DNA of 63,750 bases, the filler included, from Octopus bimaculoides (Eukaryota), in assembly GCF_001194135.2 (NCBI RefSeq). It is 8 parts of 8 records of this genome, joined end to end, with 100 filler letters (N's around TTAATTAATTAA, not from the genome) between each part and the next. Parts side by side here need not be neighbours in the genome. Positions count along the whole stretch, not along the records: positions 49,324 to 52,695 come from NC_069009.1; positions 52,796 to 55,126 come from NW_026370089.1; positions 55,227 to 62,107 come from NW_026429210.1; positions 62,208 to 63,750 come from NW_026333496.1; 4 more parts are not named here. One strand, written 5' to 3'. Shown here one piece after another: positions 51,868-63,750 of the stretch (positions are counted from its first letter, which is position 1; the number at the start of each line of letters is the position of its first letter). Made by a program: the position numbers and the translations under genes. Below the pieces are notes generated by a model. The model had not been told where the DNA came from. It did not search any database and worked only from the letters and a program-made list of their open reading frames with translations.

Positions 51868-52600
51868 CACTGTACAAAAAATTTCAGTGTCAAAAAAAAA
51901 TAGAAAAACATAGCTCCCATGTACGTTTTATGATGAAGTTGATTGTGCTAAATTCGAATTTTATAACAAAAATTTCCCATCACGCCACATTTTCTTGTAA
52001 ATTACCGACTTAATAACTATGAAATTTATACCAATTTCCATGATACTATAAATTTATTTTGCCCTCAAAGTCAGATTAAATAAGTCCATCGTAATTAATT
52101 CATAAATGTATAATGAATCGGCATGTTTGTTAACATTATATAATGTATTAACCTACATTTTAGTATTTACTTCGTTTGTCTCAGATGTGTCACACTTCAG
52201 GTTCCATTTTCCCTTGTACCTCTTTCCCATCGACGCTATATCTTGATGGAACCTCTCTCCGTATTCATCACTCATATCTCCTGAATTTTCTGGGAAGACG
52301 GACAGATGACAATGAAGCAAGTGCGTCTTCAGTGACATATTGCATCCAAGATCTTGTTAGCACTTCATTAGGCTCTCCACTATATTCTCTCACTGGACCA
52401 CTTGGTGCGTTCCCAGAAGTCCTTTGCATACCCCTTTGAATGCATGTCAGGCCGCTAGCTAAGTTTCATCCATCGTCGCCTAGAAGTTTTCATCAGTTAT
52501 AAGTTGACGAATCTGAGGGCCTACGAATACGCCCTCTTTAATCTTGGCATCACTTAAAAGATTCATTTCTTCAGATCTTTTTCTCAACGTCTTGTGTTTG
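51868..52600 (-). mobile_element. Decayed DNA transposon C-terminus, tentatively Chapaev3-like (CMC superfamily)
   Basis: LSDAKIKEGVFVGPQIR, GCNMSLKTHLLHCHL..FPEN.GDMSDEYGERFHQDI; CACTG terminus at 51868; family name from memory. Confidence 0.65.
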
Positions 52601-52630
52601 AACTTCCTGTCTTTGGTGTCCTAAACAGCT

Positions 52631-52695
<65 letters not shown>

Positions 52696-52795
52696 NNNNN
52701 NNNNNNNNNNNNNNNNNNNNNNNNNNNNNNNNNNNNNNNTTAATTAATTAANNNNNNNNNNNNNNNNNNNNNNNNNNNNNNNNNNNNNNNNNNNN

Positions 52796-52885
52796 CAGCC
52801 CGAGGCTATCGTAGAAGACACTTGCCCAAGGTGCCACACAGTGGGCCTGAACCTGGAGCTTCTTACCATAGAGCCACGCCTGCGC
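52796..52885 (-). mobile_element. SINE 5' fragment (37314 family)
   Basis: gaagacacttgcccaaggtgccacacagtgg. Confidence 0.75.
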
Positions 52886-53140
52886 CTGTTGTTGAAAATA
52901 ATCCCCGTTGTAAGGCACCTGATATTGCAGGACAATTCCAAATGAGTCGGAGTATTTCTGCGAGGCGTCTCCATCAACGTGGATACTGGAATGAAAATAC
53001 TAATGGATTAACAAATTCGAAGAAAGCACCAGATAGTATTCGTACAGAAATATCGCTAGAATGACAAATGTCTACTTTTGAGATGCATATGTACATACAT
53101 ACATACATACATATGTACATGTGTATATATGCACGTAAGC

Positions 53141-53174
<34 letters not shown>

Positions 53175-53197
53175 TTGTGTGTGTTTGTGTGTGTATG

Positions 53198-54778
53198 CAG
53201 GGGTTAGATAATATAATGGCAACACCTTAAAATGTCAAACAAATTAATTTTAATATAGGGTGGGACTGCCTTTGGCAGTAATTACAGCTTGAATTCTACG
53301 AGGTATGGACTCGTACAAAGTTTGAATTGTTTCCAAAGGAATTTTTGTCTATCCTTCAGCTAAAATAGTCTCCAGTTCTTGTAGTGTTGATGGTGGAGGA
53401 TATCAACTCCTTACTTGTTTTTCTAAAATGCACCTTAAATGTTCAATAATATTGAGATCCGGGGACTGTGGTGGCCAGATAAGATGTTCAACTTCACTAG
53501 AATGTTCCTCATACCATTCAGTAACAACTTTAGCTTTGTAAATTGGTGCATTATCATCCTGAAAGACTGTGTTTCCCTCCGGAAACAGTTCCGCAACCAT
53601 AAGATGAATTTGATCAGATAAAATGCATAAATAGTCTTGACTATTAATTCTGCCATGAAGGAAAACCATTGGCCGGCGGATTTCCAAGATATAGGCCCCC
53701 CACCCCCGATCATCACAGATCCTCCTCCATGTTTAACAGTTGGANNNNNNNNNNNNNNNNNNNNNNNNNNNNNNNNNNNNNNNNNNNNNNNNNNNNNNNN
53801 NNNNNNNNNNNNNNNNNNNNNNNNNNNNNNNNNNNNNNNNNNNNNNNNNNNNNNNNNNNNNNNNNNNNNNNNNNNNNNNNNNNNNNNNNNNNNNNNNNNN
53901 NNNNNNNNNNNNNNNNNNNNNNNNNNNNNNNNNNNNNNNNNNNNNNNNNNNNNNNNNNNNNNNNNNNNNNNNNNNNNNNNNNNNNNNNNNNNNNNNNNNN
54001 NNNNNNNNNNNNNNNNNNNNNNNNNNNNNNNNNNNNNNNNNNNNNNNNNNNNNNNNNNNNNNNNNNNNNNNNNNNNNNNNNNNNNNNNNNNNNNNNNNNN
54101 NNNNNNNNNNNNNNNNNNNNNNNNNNNNNNNNNNNNNNNNNNNNNNNNNNNNNNNNNNNNNNNNNNNNNNNNNNNNNNNNNNNNNNNNNNNNNNNNNNNN
54201 NNNNNNNNNNNNNNNNNNNNNNNNNNNNNNNNNNNNNNNNNNNNNNNNNNNNNNNNNNNNNNNNNNNNNNNNNNNNNNNNNNNNNNNNNNNNNNNNNNNN
54301 NNNNNNNNNNNNNNNNNNNNNNNNNNNNNNNNNNNNNNNNNNNNNNNNNNNNNNNNNNNNNNNNNNNNNNNNNNNNNNNNNNNNNNNNNNNNNNNNNNNN
54401 NNNNNNNNNNNNNNNNNNNNNNNNNNNNNNNNGTGATCCTTTCTAATAATTCGCGTAAGAGTCCGACGCTCCCCATCTGAAAGTTTTGGTTTTCTTGTGG
54501 AGTTTTGTTTCGACGAGAAGATTTTTCCCTCTATTTCAAAGGCTGTCATTACTTACGAGACAGTACCTCTTGGTACACCAAACACTTTGGCCGTTTTCGT
54601 TACGCTAGCGCCTGCCACAAGTGCACCAGCAACTTGACCTCTTTGAAAGTCCAATAGAACTGTCATTTTAATGAATTTTAATTACCTTTTTCTGATGATA
54701 TCTGAAAAGAAACAGCAATTTTAACAAAACATCTTAAGCAACACTAATAATAAATCAAAAAAACATAAAAATAAACAA
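53198..54778 (-). mobile_element. Tc1-like transposon copy 1 (DD36E spacing), middle in a gap, 5' end cut by a SINE
   Basis: TIR caggggttagataatataatggcaacacc; FQDDNAPI...WPPQSPDLNIIEHL with 36 residues from D to E. Confidence 0.85.
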
Positions 54779-54945
54779 CAGGAGTGGCTGTGTGGTGAGT
54801 AGTTTGCTTACCAACCACATGGTCCCTGGTTCAGTTCCACTGCGTGGCAAGTTGGGCAAGTGTTTTCTACTATAGCCTCAGGCCGACCAAAACCTTGTGA
54901 GTGGATTTGGCAGACGGAAACTGGAAGAAGCTCGTCGTATATGTA
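54779..54945 (+). mobile_element. tRNA-derived SINE (37314 family)
   Basis: ggagtggctgtgtggtgagtagtttgctt...gggcaagtgttttctactatagcc. Confidence 0.85.
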
Positions 54946-55226
54946 TATATATATATATATAACTATAGGAATCAAACGAAAGCAGATTAAGTTAATAAAA
55001 TCTCTCACCATACATTTAAGTATAAGGATTCACGTGGACCGGTTTCTATATTGTCAAAATAAATAAATTAATATTAATATTAATTCATTTGGTACTTATT
55101 GTTGGTTGAGATATATATATATCTAANNNNNNNNNNNNNNNNNNNNNNNNNNNNNNNNNNNNNNNNNNNNTTAATTAATTAANNNNNNNNNNNNNNNNNN
55201 NNNNNNNNNNNNNNNNNNNNNNNNNN

Positions 55227-56168
55227 ATGACATCATATAACTGTGATATCTGTAGAAAGTCCTTCTCTCGAAAAAGTAACCTAATTATGCACAAACATAT
55301 TCATAAAGGAGAGAAACCATATCGTTGTGATATCTGTGGTAAATCATTCTCTCAGAGTGGTCACTTAACTATACACAAAATTATTCATACAGGAGAGAAA
55401 TCATATCAGTGTGTTATCTGTGGTAAATCATTCTCTGAAAATGCTACGTTAACAAAACACAAACGTAGTCACACGGGTGAGAAACCATATCATTGTGATA
55501 TTTGTGGTAAATCATTCTCTCAAAATACTGCCTTAACAAGACACAAACATATTCATACAGGAGAGAAGCCATATCGTTGTGATATTTGTGGTAAATCATT
55601 CTCTGACAATAGTGCTGTTACAAAACATGTATGTACTCATACTGGAGAGAAACCATATCACTGTGTTATCTGTGGTAAATCATTTTCTCGAAGTAGTAAC
55701 TTAACAAAACATATGCATATTCATACGGGAGAGAAGCCATATCACTGTGATATCTGTGGTAAATCATTCTCTCAAAGTAATGACTTACATACACACAAAC
55801 GTATTCATACAGTTGTGAACCCATATCATTGTGATATCTGTGGTAAATCATTTTCTAGCAGTAGTCACTTATCTAGACACAAATATATTCATACAGGAGA
55901 GACACCCTATCACTGTGATAGCTGTGGTAAATCATTCTCTCAAAATGGTGACTTAACAAGACACAAATATATTCATACAGGAGAGAAGCCATATCATTGT
56001 GATATCTGTGGTAAATCATTCTCTCAAATTAGTCCGTTAACTACACACAAACTTATTCATACAGGAGAGAAACTTTATCATTGTGATATCTGTGGTAAAT
56101 CATTCTTTACAAATAGTAACTTCACAGGACACAAACAGATTCACACAGGGGAGAAAGGAAAAATGTAG
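55227..56168 (+). CDS. Tandem C2H2 (Kruppel-type) zinc-finger protein, 11 fingers, 313 aa; 5' end may be missing
   Basis: Eleven 28-aa YxCxxCGKSFSxxxxLxxHxxxH-TGEKP units, no stops; the ATG is the first base after an artificial gap. Confidence 0.95.
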   Translation: MTSYNCDICRKSFSRKSNLIMHKHIHKGEKPYRCDICGKSFSQSGHLTIHKIIHTGEKSYQCVICGKSFSENATLTKHKRSHTGEKPYHCDICGKSFSQNTALTRHKHIHTGEKPYRCDICGKSFSDNSAVTKHVCTHTGEKPYHCVICGKSFSRSSNLTKHMHIHTGEKPYHCDICGKSFSQSNDLHTHKRIHTVVNPYHCDICGKSFSSSSHLSRHKYIHTGETPYHCDSCGKSFSQNGDLTRHKYIHTGEKPYHCDICGKSFSQISPLTTHKLIHTGEKLYHCDICGKSFFTNSNFTGHKQIHTGEKGKM

Positions 56169-56189
56169 ATTCTATGGTTTCTTGTTCTG

Positions 56190-56817
56190 TCGGATTCGGT
56201 TCGATTTCAGATTCCAGATTTCAAATTGCAAATTCACTTGCCTCAACATGTCTTCACAAGCAGAGTTTTTAGTGTCCAATGAAGTAAAGATATGAATAAG
56301 TGAGCTGGCTCCACTTCTGGCAGAGGCCACAGATTATGCTCTCACTTGCTTTGCTGGGTCTTCTCATGTACTGCATATTTCCAAAGGTCCCGGTCACTGG
56401 TCATTGCCTCTGTGAGGCCTAAAGTTCGAAGGTCGTGCTTCACTACCTCATCCCAAGTCTACCTCTTCCACAGGTTCCCTCAACCACTAGGGTGTGGCAC
56501 TTTTTCACACAGCTATCCTCGTCCATTCTCACCACATGACCATACCAGCACAATCATCTCTCTTGCACACCACAACTGATGCTTCTTAGGTCTAACTTTT
56601 CTCTCAAGGTACTTACACTCTGTTGAGTTTGCACACTGACATTACACATCCATCGGAGCATACTAGCTTCATTCCTTGCGAGCCTACGCATGTCGTCAGC
56701 AGTCACGGCCCATGTTTCACTGCCATGTAGCATGGCTGTTCATACATATGCGTCATACAGTCTGCCTTTTACTCTGAGCGAGAAGCCCTTTGTCGCCAGC
56801 AGAGGTAGGAGCTCTGA
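56190..56817 (-). mobile_element. 5'-truncated RTE-clade LINE, tail-to-tail with the ZNF gene
   Basis: KGRLYDAYV..MLHGSETWAVT..RNEASMLRWMC..WYGHVVRMDED..TWDEVVKHDL; extent of the 3' UTR below ~56300 is approximate. Confidence 0.85.
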
Positions 56818-58118
56818 ACTTTGTGTATACTTTATATGTGGATATATATGCATTTGTTCATGTATATACACTTATGAACTATATGTGGCTGCTGATATAT
56901 ATACATTTGAATGTTTGTATGAAAACGTGTTTATGTCTCCTTCCTTCTCTCTTGAGGACTATCAGTGATGCTCCTGGTTAATATCTAAATGTAAATGCTT
57001 CACCTAAATGTGTTTTCGTATTATAAAAACTGTTTCTAATGGGAAATTCCTTACATGTCTACATAACACGTAAACCTTTGTAATTGCAAGCAGAAAATGA
57101 AACACACGTCATGGAGAATAAATAATACCAAAAACATTTCTATTTTCCTGTTATATATACACATATATACACACAGTATATCCCTTTGTCTCCATTAATA
57201 TTCAGAGGCGTCGTTTACCTGCATTGCACATTGTAACCATGTCTAGGTTCCTTCACATGTACAGACATACTGTACGACCTTTGTGAATGAAGGGCTGTTT
57301 GAAATGGTGTCTTCGGTTTCCAGTTCTCCATAGAACCATCTTAGGTCTGTCTCTTTTGTCGAAAGATTGGGAGATTTATTACTTGACTTGCAACAAATGG
57401 AAGTTGGCAGCCGAAAGGGAACCTGACCACAGAAACCTCTGCCCCAACATCCTCGTCTGACCCTTACGGCATCGTAAAGTAGAAGTTCAAAAACAATTGT
57501 ACATATATGTATGTGTGGGAGGGGGCATGCACATTCATGTGTGTGTGTGTGTGTTTGTAATAGCTAAGAAATACACCCTCTTGTTTCTCCTCCTCATCTT
57601 CATCACCACCATCATTGAACATCTGTTTTCCGTGCTGGAATGGGATGGATTGTTTGATAGCAGACAACAAGCCAAACTCTACTCTCTGCTCTGGTATGGT
57701 TTCTATGACTGGATGCCCTCATTTCCAGTAATACTCTACACACAATGTACCTTAATTTTCAGCAAAATGTTGATAAAATTCGACAGAAGTCACAATTTCT
57801 GAAGCTTATAAACACACTCACTGGTCGTTGTTTATTGTTTAAATTCCATTTCGTTTCCTTTTTCAAAAGTTGTTGATGTTTGCCTATGTTCCCCCCAAAA
57901 TACTTTTCATGATATAATTGAAAAAGCTGCAGATTGGTATGAAATATGCACAAACAACTGGTGAGTGTGTTTATAGCCAATCTGAATTATACCTTCTCAT
58001 AAATATAACAATATTGGTATCAAAACACAGTTTCAGATCATAATACTTCCAAAATAAGAAATTATTGATATTAGAAATATTGCAGATGTAAGTTATCTGA
58101 AGATTGTAGATATATATA

Positions 58119-60212
58119 CAGGGGTTGGACAAAATAATGGAAACACCTTAAAATTTCAAAATTATTTTAATACAAGGTAGGACTGCCTTTGGCAGTAATT
58201 ACAGCTTGAATTCTATGAGGTATGGACTCGTACAAGATTTGAATTGTTTCCAAAAGAATTTTTGTTCATTCTTCAGCTAAAACAGTCTCTAGTTCTTGTA
58301 GTGATAATGGTGGAGGATATCGACTCCTTACTTGTTTTTCTAAAATGCACCAGAAATGTTTNNNNNNNNNNNNNNNNNNNNNNNNNNNNNNNNNNNNNNN
58401 NNNNNNNNNNNNNNNNNNNNNNNNNNNNNNNNNNNNNNNNNNNNNNNNNNNNNNNNNNNNNNNNNNNNNNNNNNNNNNNNNNNNNNNNNNNNAGGTAGGA
58501 CTGCCTTTGGCAGTAATTACAGCTTGAATTCTATGAGGTATGGACTCGTACAAGATTTGAATTGTTTCCAAAAGAATTTTTGTTCATTCTTCAGCTAAAA
58601 CAGTCTCTAGTTCTTGTAGTGATAATGGTGGAGGATATCGACTCCTTACTTGTTTTTCTAAAATGCACCAGAAATGTTTAATAATATTGAGATCTGAGAA
58701 CTGTGGTGCCCATATAAGATGTTCAACTTCACTAGAATGTTCCTCATGCCATTCAGTAACAATTTTAGCTGTGTGAATTGGTGCATTATCATCCTGAAAA
58801 ATTGTGTTACCCTCCAGAAACAGTTCCGCAACCATAGGATGAATTTGATGAGATAAATAGCTTAAATAGTCTTGACTATTAATTCTGCCATGAAGGGAAA
58901 CCAGTGAGCCAGCAGATCTCCAAGATATAGCCCTCCAGATCATCACAGATCTTCCTCCATGTTTAATAGTTGGAAGAAGACAGTCTGGGACAAATGCTTC
59001 TTTTGAGTGTCTCCACATGTATCCTCGGCCGGTGGTCGGAAATAAGGTAGAGGATGACTCTTCTGAGAAAGTGACAGTCTTCCACTGCTCCAGGGACCAA
59101 TTCTGTAGGTTTTTACTCCACTCTAAACACTGCAACATTCGTTTTTTGAAAGTAGTGGTTTTTCTGATTGCAGCCCTCCCATGAAATCTGGGTTTGTGCA
59201 GCTCCCAGCAAGCAGTTTTTGTGGAAACTGGGTTCTTGAGGTGGTCATTAAGCTCTGCAGTGATTTTGGGAGCTGTACTTTAGTGATCCTTTCTAAAAAT
59301 TCGCAGAAGAGTCCAACGGTCCCTATCTGAAAGGTTTGGCTTTCTTCCAGAGTTTTGTTTCGACGACGAGGTTTAGCCCTCTTTCTCAAAGGCTGTCATA
59401 CCTTTCGGGACAGTACTTCTTGATACACCAAACATTTCAGCTGTTTTAACTATGCTAGTGCCTGCCATACAAACACCAACAATTTGACCTTTTTGAAAGT
59501 CCGATAGATCTGTCATTTTAATTACCTTTTTGAAAGTCCGATAGATCTGTCATTTTAATTACCTTTTTGAAATTCCGATAGATCTGTCATTTTAATTACC
59601 TTTTTCTGATGATATCTGAAAAGAAACTNNNNNNNNNNNNNNNNNNNNNNNNNNNNNNNNNNNNNNNNNNNNNNNNNNNNNNNNNNNNNNNNNNNNNNNN
59701 NNNNNNNNNNNNNNNNNNNNNNNNNNNNNNNNNNNNNNNNNNNNNNNNNNNNNNNNNNNNNNNNNGAGTCCAACGGTCCCTATCTGAAAGGTTTGGCTTT
59801 CTTCCAGAGTTTTGTTTCGACGACGAGGTTTAGCCCTCTTTCTCAAAGGCTGTCATACCTTTCGGGACAGTACTTCTTGATACACCAAACATTTCAGCTG
59901 TTTTAACTATGCTAGTGCCTGCCATACAAACACCAACAATTTGACCTTTTTGAAAGTCCGATAGATCTGTCATTTTAATTACCTTTTTGAAAGTCCGATA
60001 GATCTGTCATTTTAATTACCTTTTTGAAATTCCGATAGATCTGTCATTTTAATTACCTTTTTCTGATGATATCTGAAAAGAAACTGCAATTTCAGTAAAA
60101 CATATTAAGCAACACTAATAATAAATGAAAAAAACATTAAAATATAAATAAGTTTTTGACGGTTTTATAGATATTTCAAAATTATGATGCTTCCATTATT
60201 TTGTCCAACCCC
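58119..60212 (-). mobile_element. Tc1-like transposon copy 2 (DD36E spacing), both TIRs present, inflated by assembly duplications
   Basis: TA-caggggttggacaaaataatggaaac and cttccattattttgtccaacccc; MTDLSDFQKG start, FSEESS, FQDDNAPIH, WAPQFSDLNIIK (catalytic E mutated to K). Confidence 0.9.
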
Positions 60213-61907
60213 AAAGATGGAGTGATGCAAAATATAATGTTATAAAGCTTGGTGATTTCTGTTTTTTCTTGATATAGAAGGAATTTTGACAGTAAACCAT
60301 ATTACTTCATGTTGTAAGAGGCAAGTAAAAAAGTTATGGTCAAGAAAGGTCAATCAGCTGTAAAGAAAAACCTAAAAAAGGGTCACAATGAATGGATTAA
60401 TTGTTGCTGTGGCTATAAAACTAACCCCACACCAGAGGGGGGGGGGTTAAAATGTCTGTTTTTGTTGCTGTGTGAATGTGACACTGATACAGTTATGTTC
60501 ACACGTGAATACAAAATTGTTTGATTAAGACATTACGTTGCAAGAATGATCTAATGTGGATATCACGGTGCATTTAAAATATTTGGACTAAGTTGGGAAA
60601 GAATACCAGAATTAAGAAAGAACTGACAGGGCAAAGTGAACAGGTCGCAGTCTCAAAGCGACGAAAATATGGCAAATTCAATTTAAATGGTGAAGTGAAT
60701 CTAATGATTTTTGTGTTTCTTAAATGGCTTATAAACACCTTCCACGCTGCAATTNNNNNNNNNNNNNNNNNNNNNNNNNNNNNNNNNNNNNNNNNNNNNN
60801 NNNNNNNNNNNNNNNNNNNNNNNNNNNNNNNNNNNNNNNNNNNNNNNNNNNNNNNNNNNNNNNNNNNNNNNNNNNNNNNNNNNNNNNNNNNNNNNNNNNN
60901 NNNNNNNNNNNNNNNNNNNNNNNNNNNNNNNNNNNNNNNNNNNNNNNNNNNNNNNNNNNNNNNNNNNNNNNNNNNNNNNNNNNNNNNNNNNNNNNNNNNN
61001 NNNNNNNNNNNNNNNNNNNNNNNNNNNNNNNNNNNNNNNNNNNNNNNNNNNNNNNNNNNNNNNNNNNNNNNNNNNNNNNNNNNNNNNNNNNNNNNNNNNN
61101 NNNNNNNNNNNNNNNNNNNNNNNNNNNNNNNNNNNNNNNNNNNNNNNNNNNNNNNNNNNNNNNNNNNNNNNNNNNNNNNNNNNNNNNNNNNNNNNNNNNN
61201 NNNNNNNNNNNNNNNNNNNNNNNNNNNNNNNNNNNNNNNNNNNNNNNNNNNNNNNNNNNNNNNNNNNNNNNNNNNNNNNNNNNNNNNNNNNATTTTTTCA
61301 CCTTCAAGATTTTCGCTGAGAAAAAAAAACAAATCTCGGATTTTTTGTGTAGAATCAAGGACCCTGACCCCATGATGCAAACTCCTTATTTTGGTGGGGT
61401 GGAAAACCGTACCCCGCTCCCACATCCTGGAATCATTGGACATTTTTGTTGTTGTTGACTGAATTCAAGTGACCTAATATGCTACAAAACCCTTTTCTGG
61501 GTCTGGAAAACGGGGTGGAGTTGGGTGGGGTGGAACCCTCGGAAATATCACCCCACCCCCATTTGCAAATACTTTGGGGGTTATTTCTTTCTTTAGCCAT
61601 AATTTTAGATAACATTTTGCAGAAATACATTTTCGATTGAGACTGGATTACATTAGATTGAAAATTCAAAGACGTTTGAAATGAATAAAATGAAGAGGTT
61701 GTAAAAGTTAGTGGTAACGAAGAGTGGAGAGACATAGGACCATAAATTCATCTTTGAAAGAAAAAACGTTAGAGTAAAAGTCTAATATTAACGAAATATC
61801 TTTTTCCTACCTCTTAAAATCACTGGATATAATATATATAATAATCCTGAATAGATTTTTCCCTTTGAAAGAAAGAGTGGGTGACGAAGTTTACCTAAAC
61901 ATTGTCT

Positions 61908-62107
61908 GTTGGCACTCCGTCGCTTACGACGAGGGTTCCAGTTGATCCGGTCAACGGAACAGCCTGCTCATGAAATTAACGTGCAAGTGGCTGAGTACTC
62001 CACAGACACGTTTACCCTTAACGTAGTTCTCGAAGATATACAGTGTGACAAGGCTGACCCTTTGAATTACAGGCACAACAGAAACAGGAAGTAAGAGTGA
62101 GAGAGAA
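61908..62107 (-). mobile_element. SINE 3' part (51341 family), cut by a gap
   Basis: Near-identical to 22596-22800. Confidence 0.9.
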
Positions 62108-62810
62108 NNNNNNNNNNNNNNNNNNNNNNNNNNNNNNNNNNNNNNNNNNNNTTAATTAATTAANNNNNNNNNNNNNNNNNNNNNNNNNNNNNNNNNNNNN
62201 NNNNNNNACCAGAATTAAGTATGGTATTATCCATACAGTTTCAAAATAAGGTGATTATATATATACATATACATACATAAAAACAACACACACATATACA
62301 TATTCACACACGCACACACGTAGACACACATATTGTAAATGCAATGACCAATAAGGTAAGAAGAAGAAAACGATAATACAGGAGGAAAATGTTCTAACAA
62401 TGACTGTCTTAGCTTAACGCTTAGAAAAGAATGTTAACGATTCGGACGTTTGTCCTTCAACTGAAGAAAGAGCGAATATGAAGGAAGCAGTTTACGAAGT
62501 AGATGTGCATATAAAGGAAGTAGTTTGCGTGATTTTTGGGGGCTTACATATGAGTGTAGAAGTGTGTAGGTGTGAAAAAATAGAAGACTACGTCTGTAGG
62601 GATAAGCTGTTGTTGTTGTGTGTAATTGTGTTATGTGTGAGGAAAGCTTAGAAGTGAGAAGGTGAGGGTGGGCGCAAATGTAAGGCAAAAGTGAAAGTCA
62701 GAAGAATATGGAAGGTGTGATAGAAGTGTATGCAAGGTAATGGGTGTAACACGATACTGATACATGTATATATATTGCTTCTATTATTACAAATACCTCG
62801 TCCATTCAAA

Positions 62811-62996
62811 CGGACTAAATGCTTAACGGTATTTCGTCCATCTTTACTTTCTGAGTTCAAATCCCATTGAGGTCGACTTTGCCTTTCATTCTTTCGAGGT
62901 GGATAAAATAAGTACCAGTTGTATACTGATGACGATATAATCGACTTACTCCTCTCCTGTATTTTCTGGCCTCGTGCCAAAATTTGAAACCAATAT
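62811..62996 (+). mobile_element. tRNA-derived SINE (11765 family), 5'-truncated
   Basis: ctgagttcaaatcccattgaggtcgactttgcctttcatt...gtgccaaaatttgaaacc. Confidence 0.85.
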
Positions 62997-63039
62997 TTAA
63001 TTTCTTTCTTTTGGGGTTACTTAATACCATAATGGCTAA

Positions 63040-63750
63040 ATTCGCATCAATTTTTAGCCTTGAAAAATGCGTCAGGACAGACTCATATCAAACACTGCGT
63101 ACTGTTTGAATTGAAAAGAGTTTCTTTAGCAATGGAACTCACAAGAAATATTCATCTATCAACGGAATTTTCATCTCTCAACGGAAATGAAAATTTAGCT
63201 GCTCGGACCTACCAATGATGGTTTGGCAAGTTTCATTCGGCAATTTTTTTCTCTTGGAGATTCCCTGGATTTGGATGATCAACTTCTGTCAACATTGTGT
63301 TTCTAAAAGCCATAGTTGAAGAAAATCTACAGGAAACTGCACGAGAATTATATTTAAAAACCCCCAGTTCAGTTCAAGTCAATCTTCGATCACAAAACAC
63401 TTTGATGAATTAGGAAAAGTGTTTAAACTGCTTATCCGTTTCATAAAAGCTTTGCCTCGTACTCGTCGTGAAGAGTAGATTCGTTACCGAATTTTTTAAG
63501 GGTAAAATCATTACAAGCGATGAAAAGTTGCTTCTCTATAATCCTATCCAACTCAAACAATGGTTAGCATAATAAAAAGTAGAATCCATCCCCAAACTGC
63601 GAATACACTGGAAAAAAAGATATGCTCTGTGTTTCGAGTTAAGGGAACAGCATCTGTAACGAAGTTTAAAACCAAAATGAAACTGCTACTGCAGAGAAGC
63701 ATTGTTGTCAATTGGAAACACTGTACAAAGATTTGCAAAAAAAAAAAAAA
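63040..63750 (+). mobile_element. Heavily decayed mariner transposase, running off the window
   Basis: HIKHCVLFE.., WFGKF, KAIVEEN.QETAREL, KIITSDEKLLLYN, QNETATAEKHCCQL. Confidence 0.75.

Noticed and set aside
58177-60084. Apparent segmental duplications (about 58177-58361 vs 58493-58678; about 59316-59627 vs 59767-60084)
   Set aside because: Identical copies abutting N gaps; typical unmerged contig overlaps.
5740-61458. Long ORFs made mostly of X (e.g. 5740-6546, 17561-18434, 40543-41445, 53637-54549, 60574-61458)
   Set aside because: They only span N gaps.

Overview
AT-rich, microsatellite-dense, gap-ridden animal draft scaffold, not prokaryotic: no CRISPR, operons, rRNA or true tRNA genes. 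The SINE families and the ([11 protein letters not shown]...HTGEKP)n zinc-finger array point to an octopus genome (inference). Most of the window is a graveyard of transposable elements: R4/Dong-like, RTE and Penelope-like retroelements, several tRNA-derived SINE families, Tc1/mariner elements with four different catalytic spacings (DD34D, DD36E, ~DD37D, DD41D), Tigger/pogo, a Chapaev3-like fragment, and piggyBac and hAT MITEs. Host coding sequence I can support: two spliced exons (50288-50519, 50750-50921) that read like the GAIN region of an ADGRG-like adhesion GPCR, and an 11-finger C2H2 zinc-finger ORF (55227-56168). The most unusual signal is a small element at 16032-16303 that fuses a tRNA-like Pol III head to a tail carrying a Penelope-type minimal hammerhead ribozyme; the same tail recurs at 39205-39390 without the tRNA head. 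A full-length mariner with an unbroken 338-aa ORF lies 50 bp downstream of a TATA+Inr motif. Seven N44-TTAATTAATTAA-N44 spacers and several gap-flanking duplications are assembly artefacts, so adjacency across them is uncertain. All family assignments come from motif recognition by eye; no searches were run.
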